From Macrostomum lignano (taxonomy: Eukaryota), in the NCBI GenBank assembly GCA_002269645.1, contig NIVC01003993.1, positions 2,038-66,037 on the forward strand: DNA of 64,000 nt. Direction: 5' to 3'. Both the position numbers and the translations under genes were made by a program. Below the pieces are notes generated by a model. It was not told the origin of the DNA and made no database searches. It saw nothing but the letters and a program-made list of their open reading frames with translations. This document shows, one piece after another, positions 60,301-64,000 of the stretch (within the stretch, counting starts at the first letter, position 1; each line of letters begins with the position of its first letter).

Positions 60301-62841
60301 TGTCTCTCCCCTCTACCTGTCTCTGCCCCTTTCTTTTCTGTCTATTTACCTGTCTCTCCCCTCTACCTGTCTCTGCCCCTTTCTTTTCTGTCTATTTACC
60401 TGTCTCTCCCCTCTACCTGTCTCTGCCCTTTCTTTTCTGTCTATTTACCTGTCTCTCCCCTCTACCTGTCTCTGCCCCTTTCTCTTCTGTCTATTTACCT
60501 GTCTCTCCCCTCTACCTGTCTTCTGCTCCTTTCTCTTCTCCTGTCTATTTTCCTGTCTCTCCCCTCTACCTGTCTGCTCCCTTCTACCTGTCTCTTCCCA
60601 TGTAACTGCCTCTGTCTTTTTCTGTGTCTCCCACCTCTCCCTATCTATTCCCGTCTACCTGTCTTTTTTCTCTACCTACCTCTCCCTGTACCTATCTCGA
60701 CCCCTTTTCCTGTCTCTTCCTCTCTACCTGTATCTGCCCCTTTATCTCTCTTATTTCCCATACCTGTCCCTTCTCTACTTCTTATCTCCACCTGTCCCTT
60801 TCCCTGTCTCTTCCATATCTACCTGTCCCTTCCGTCTATCTGCCTTGTCTTATCTACCGCCTCTTCCCCTCTACCTGTCCTGTACTCTACCATTTCTCCC
60901 CCTCTATCTATCTCCTCCTTTGTCTCTTTCCCTCTCTTCCCTCTCCCCACCTGTCTTTCTACCTCAACCATGCTTAACTGTTATTAAATTTGTAACTGTC
61001 AGTCTGAAGTAGTAGTTCTTGACTTTCCCTTAGTAGCAATACTTTCATGCCTTCATAGGATAAATAGGCATTAATTACCGGCATTATCAATCATCAATTG
61101 TGGCCAAGAAATTTGCTCCATTTTGGTGGCAGTGACCTGCATAATACCGCTGTCAGCCACACATGTTGATTGATCTTCTGAGATTGGCTGATAGAAAAAG
61201 CACTCAAAAATGTATGGCGAAAACGATACCTAAAAATTAATAAAATATGTTTCTTTGGCTAAGAAATTGCTCATAGCTAAGCAGATTAAATATTCAAAAA
61301 ATCCCTTTCCAAAGGTCAAGCAGACTTTTTGACTTGAAATGCATTGTAAAACTGTTGGAGAAAAAATGAATTACTGAATTCTGATTTTGATAAAGATTGT
61401 ATCACACTAGGATTTTTATTTGTCAGTTTACTAGGCCCTAACTGAATTTTGACACTGATTTGAATTGCACCATATTGCTAATCTACAGTGTGGAATCATA
61501 TAGTACCATACTTCATATTGATATTCTGTAACTATTGTCTTAACTTTAATAAAGACTAATACTAACTGCCTAGGTAATTGATTATAATAGCTGCCTAGTG
61601 ACTTTTACTCTACCTAATTCAATGTGAGTGTTTAACAAAACTATAACTACTATAATTCACAATATTGAAACAATAAGAGCTAGCCTAGATATGAAATGAC
61701 AGAAAGGCTAATGTAGCAACCTAGTTTGAATTTTAGTAGAAAAAATAATTTTTTGAAATATTTTTTTAACATAAAGAAAACTTAACAAAAGAAATAAAAA
61801 TAGAAACATCATGTTAATGATAAAAGTATCATGCCAAACAAAGAAAAACATTTTGTGAAACATAAAAGAAGTGTTATGTCAAAAAAAACAAAGAAACAAA
61901 GAAAATAAAATAGAAAGAAGCAAAGACAAAGACCATGTCACAACCAGAAACAACTAAGTTGCAACTAGAGGTGAAAAAGTCACATTGATCAGAAAATAAG
62001 ATAAGATAAGATGATAAGATAAATTATATTCAAATATACACACTTAAAAGCAAGTGATATTTTTATACTTTTATAGTTGAAAGCTTATATATTTCTTGTA
62101 ATATTTTTAAACATAAGACATAAAGCAGTTTTATAGTTTTCTACCAAAGGGAATTAGGGGAGGGGGTATTTTAATATAAGTGATATTAGGATATAATGGC
62201 TAGGCTAGCCTAGTCAGCTCATTTAATACTCTTTGATAGTAAAAGGAACAACTTAAAATGCAAAATTGTTAGTATAGGGTAGGCCTAAAAGAAAATAAAA
62301 AAAAAGAAAATTAAGGATTGAATTTGCATAAAAAATGAGATAGCTTTAAAAAATGAATCCGTTTTAAGTATAGTGTTTTGTGGTACCAATTTACGTATAT
62401 ATAAAATATATTATGTTTAAACAGTCACTGCTCCAAGAATATTTCATTTTCATTTGAAAGATATATTTCTCTAGTTTTTTATGCATATTTAAATATTTTT
62501 GACTTTTACAAAATCAGTTCAATGTGTAGGCCTAGCAAATTGAATTTTAAAGTTATTGAATAGTCCATTTTTTATTATTTTCAACTTATACTAACCTCAT
62601 TTGAGTCTCAACTCATAGATATATAGATCTACTATATTAAAATAACAAACTAAAAATTATAAAATTATATAAAAATATAGCATGCAACGTGTTTAGTTAT
62701 ACTTTAAATAAAACTAACCTTTAAGTATTCTGATGTTAATACAATATCAACCTTTGATGCAGGTATTCCTTTAAGTGGAATAGAAACAACAACATTCTGA
62801 AGGCTGTCACACCATTTAAAATCTTTAATAAAAATAGGCAT
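57375..62841 (-). CDS. DNAAF4: Dynein axonemal assembly factor 4 (DYX1C1), complete; exons 62841-62719, 61229-61079, 59736-59225, 57896-57375; 435 aa
   Basis: CS/p23 domain (MPIFIKDFKW..VSIPLKG..EYLK|VSFSPYIFECFFYQPI), coiled coil, FTARVFPTPERESQ..EEE|WLRKQAE, TPRs (WLRDKGNRLF..AAINAY..LYSNRAACHL); GT-AG sites in phase, total 1308 nt. Confidence 0.96.
57950..59150. repeat. Intronic 33-bp minisatellite (AGGTTGCAGTTTATTGTGGTTGTTGAATCTATG), ~36 copies
   Basis: Fills DNAAF4 intron 3. Confidence 0.97.
59775..60990. repeat. Intronic 49-bp CT-rich minisatellite decaying into low-complexity CT sequence after ~60560
   Basis: Unit CTTTCTCTTCTGTCTATTTACCTGTCTCTCCCCTCTACCTGTCTCTGCC; fills DNAAF4 intron 2. 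Confidence 0.96.
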
Positions 62842-63486
62842 TTTGAATTTTGTGCTTGGTTTTATTAAATGAAAATTTCTTCAGCCAGGCTTAGTCAAAT
62901 ATAAGCATAAATAATACTGCATAACATAAGCGCTAAATGATTAGAACATGTTAGCTAGGCCTATTACTTAACAATTTAGATATTCAGAACATCGTACATT
63001 TGAATTTAATCGTCTGCCGTAACTGTTACAGATATGAAGCAGCAAATTACAGGTTACAAAGCAATCGTTAGATTTCTGTCCGGCACGTGGAAAATTGGAA
63101 TGCAAAACTTTAAAAACAATTTAGTGCCAAGTATCATAGAAAGCAGTTTTAAGTATAACAAATATTCAATTAGCCAGTTTATCAACTAACAGCCTACTAA
63201 CTACGATGATTACAAATATTTGTGTTTTTTTTGACAGTTTAAGTCACTTTAGTCTACTGTTATAATAGGCATGTTAAGAAAAATAAAGCCAGATTGGATT
63301 TCTTCCCGTGTCAAATTCGACGGCGATTCGAAGTCGATTCGAAGTCGATTTCCAATATACTAATCCAATAAACTAAAAATCAAAACTATGTACCTTTAGG
63401 AACCTTCGCTTAACTTGACTCTACATGGTCGAAATTTCGTGGGGTTTTCTGCATTCGATGCGTATTGATGGTGCGCTGGTACACAA

Positions 63487-63767
63487 ATTTTGCTAAGAAA
63501 TTGCTTCATTTTTTCGGGCTTAAATATTCGAAAAATTCGATTTCTCCCTGTTTTTTAAAGTTCAAACAGTTCTTTCCGATTGAGAAGCAGTCTGACTGCC
63601 GATGGAATTGTATTGCATCATAACTCATTTTGCTAAGAAATTGCTTCATTTTTTCGGGCTTAAATATTCGAAAAACTCCATTTTCTCCCTGTTTTTAAAG
63701 TTCAAACAGTTCTTTCCGATTGAGAAGCAGTCTGACTGCCGATGGAATTGTATTGCATCATAACTCA
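63487..63767. repeat. ~140-bp tandem duplication upstream of DNAAF4
   Basis: Two near-identical copies beginning ATTTTGCTAAGAAATTGC at 63487 and 63627. Confidence 0.93.
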
Positions 63768-64000
63768 GTGCCAACTATAGCATTGGTTCTCTACACTCGC
63801 GTGAGAGCTATACAAGCGTTGAAAGGTTGCGCAACACCTTTTAGTTATCGAAATTGAGGGGCGGGTGTCGCTATTCAATTTGTCCTGGGCATTGGCTTGG
63901 TTGTTAATTTCAATGCATCAACTTGCAGGCCTCTTACTGTAGCTGGCGCTGAATGTACACCTTTTGAATTTGAATGCTTTATACTCGTAGCAGGAATGTT

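Overview
This is eukaryotic, intron-containing metazoan DNA. GC-rich exons, dense (TCTA/TCTG)n tracts and intronic minisatellites suggest a macrostomid flatworm, but that is inference only. Host genes on the minus strand: the 5' exons of a FERM/band-4.1 protein (96-666), a multi-exon single-pass receptor-like protein (signal peptide, PAN, F5/8C, EGF, TSP1, TM; ~5000-12013), a WSC-domain ORF, and a tightly co-oriented run DNAAF4/DYX1C1 -> short SNRNP48-like ORF -> TAF1A-like gene. On the plus strand are three paralogous secreted PAN-like/LamG genes, one of them a pseudogene. About 12-42 kb is a transposon thicket: a DD34D mariner interrupted by an RTE LINE, Ty3/gypsy and LINE relics, a Tc1/IS630-like element and MITEs, a full-length Loa/R1-type LINE with a 14-bp TSD, nested hAT/MULE MITEs, and two Crypton-like tyrosine recombinase (YR) genes. 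Main leads: (1) a CCATAGAC/GTCTATGG motif, 26 exact copies counted by eye versus ~2 expected, that bounds one YR element and several small palindromic non-coding elements; (2) an operon-like gene run in which a Met-less first exon could take its AUG from a flatworm spliced leader, with the same minisatellite after two successive stop codons. Several single-base indels lie in or near homopolymers and may be assembly errors.
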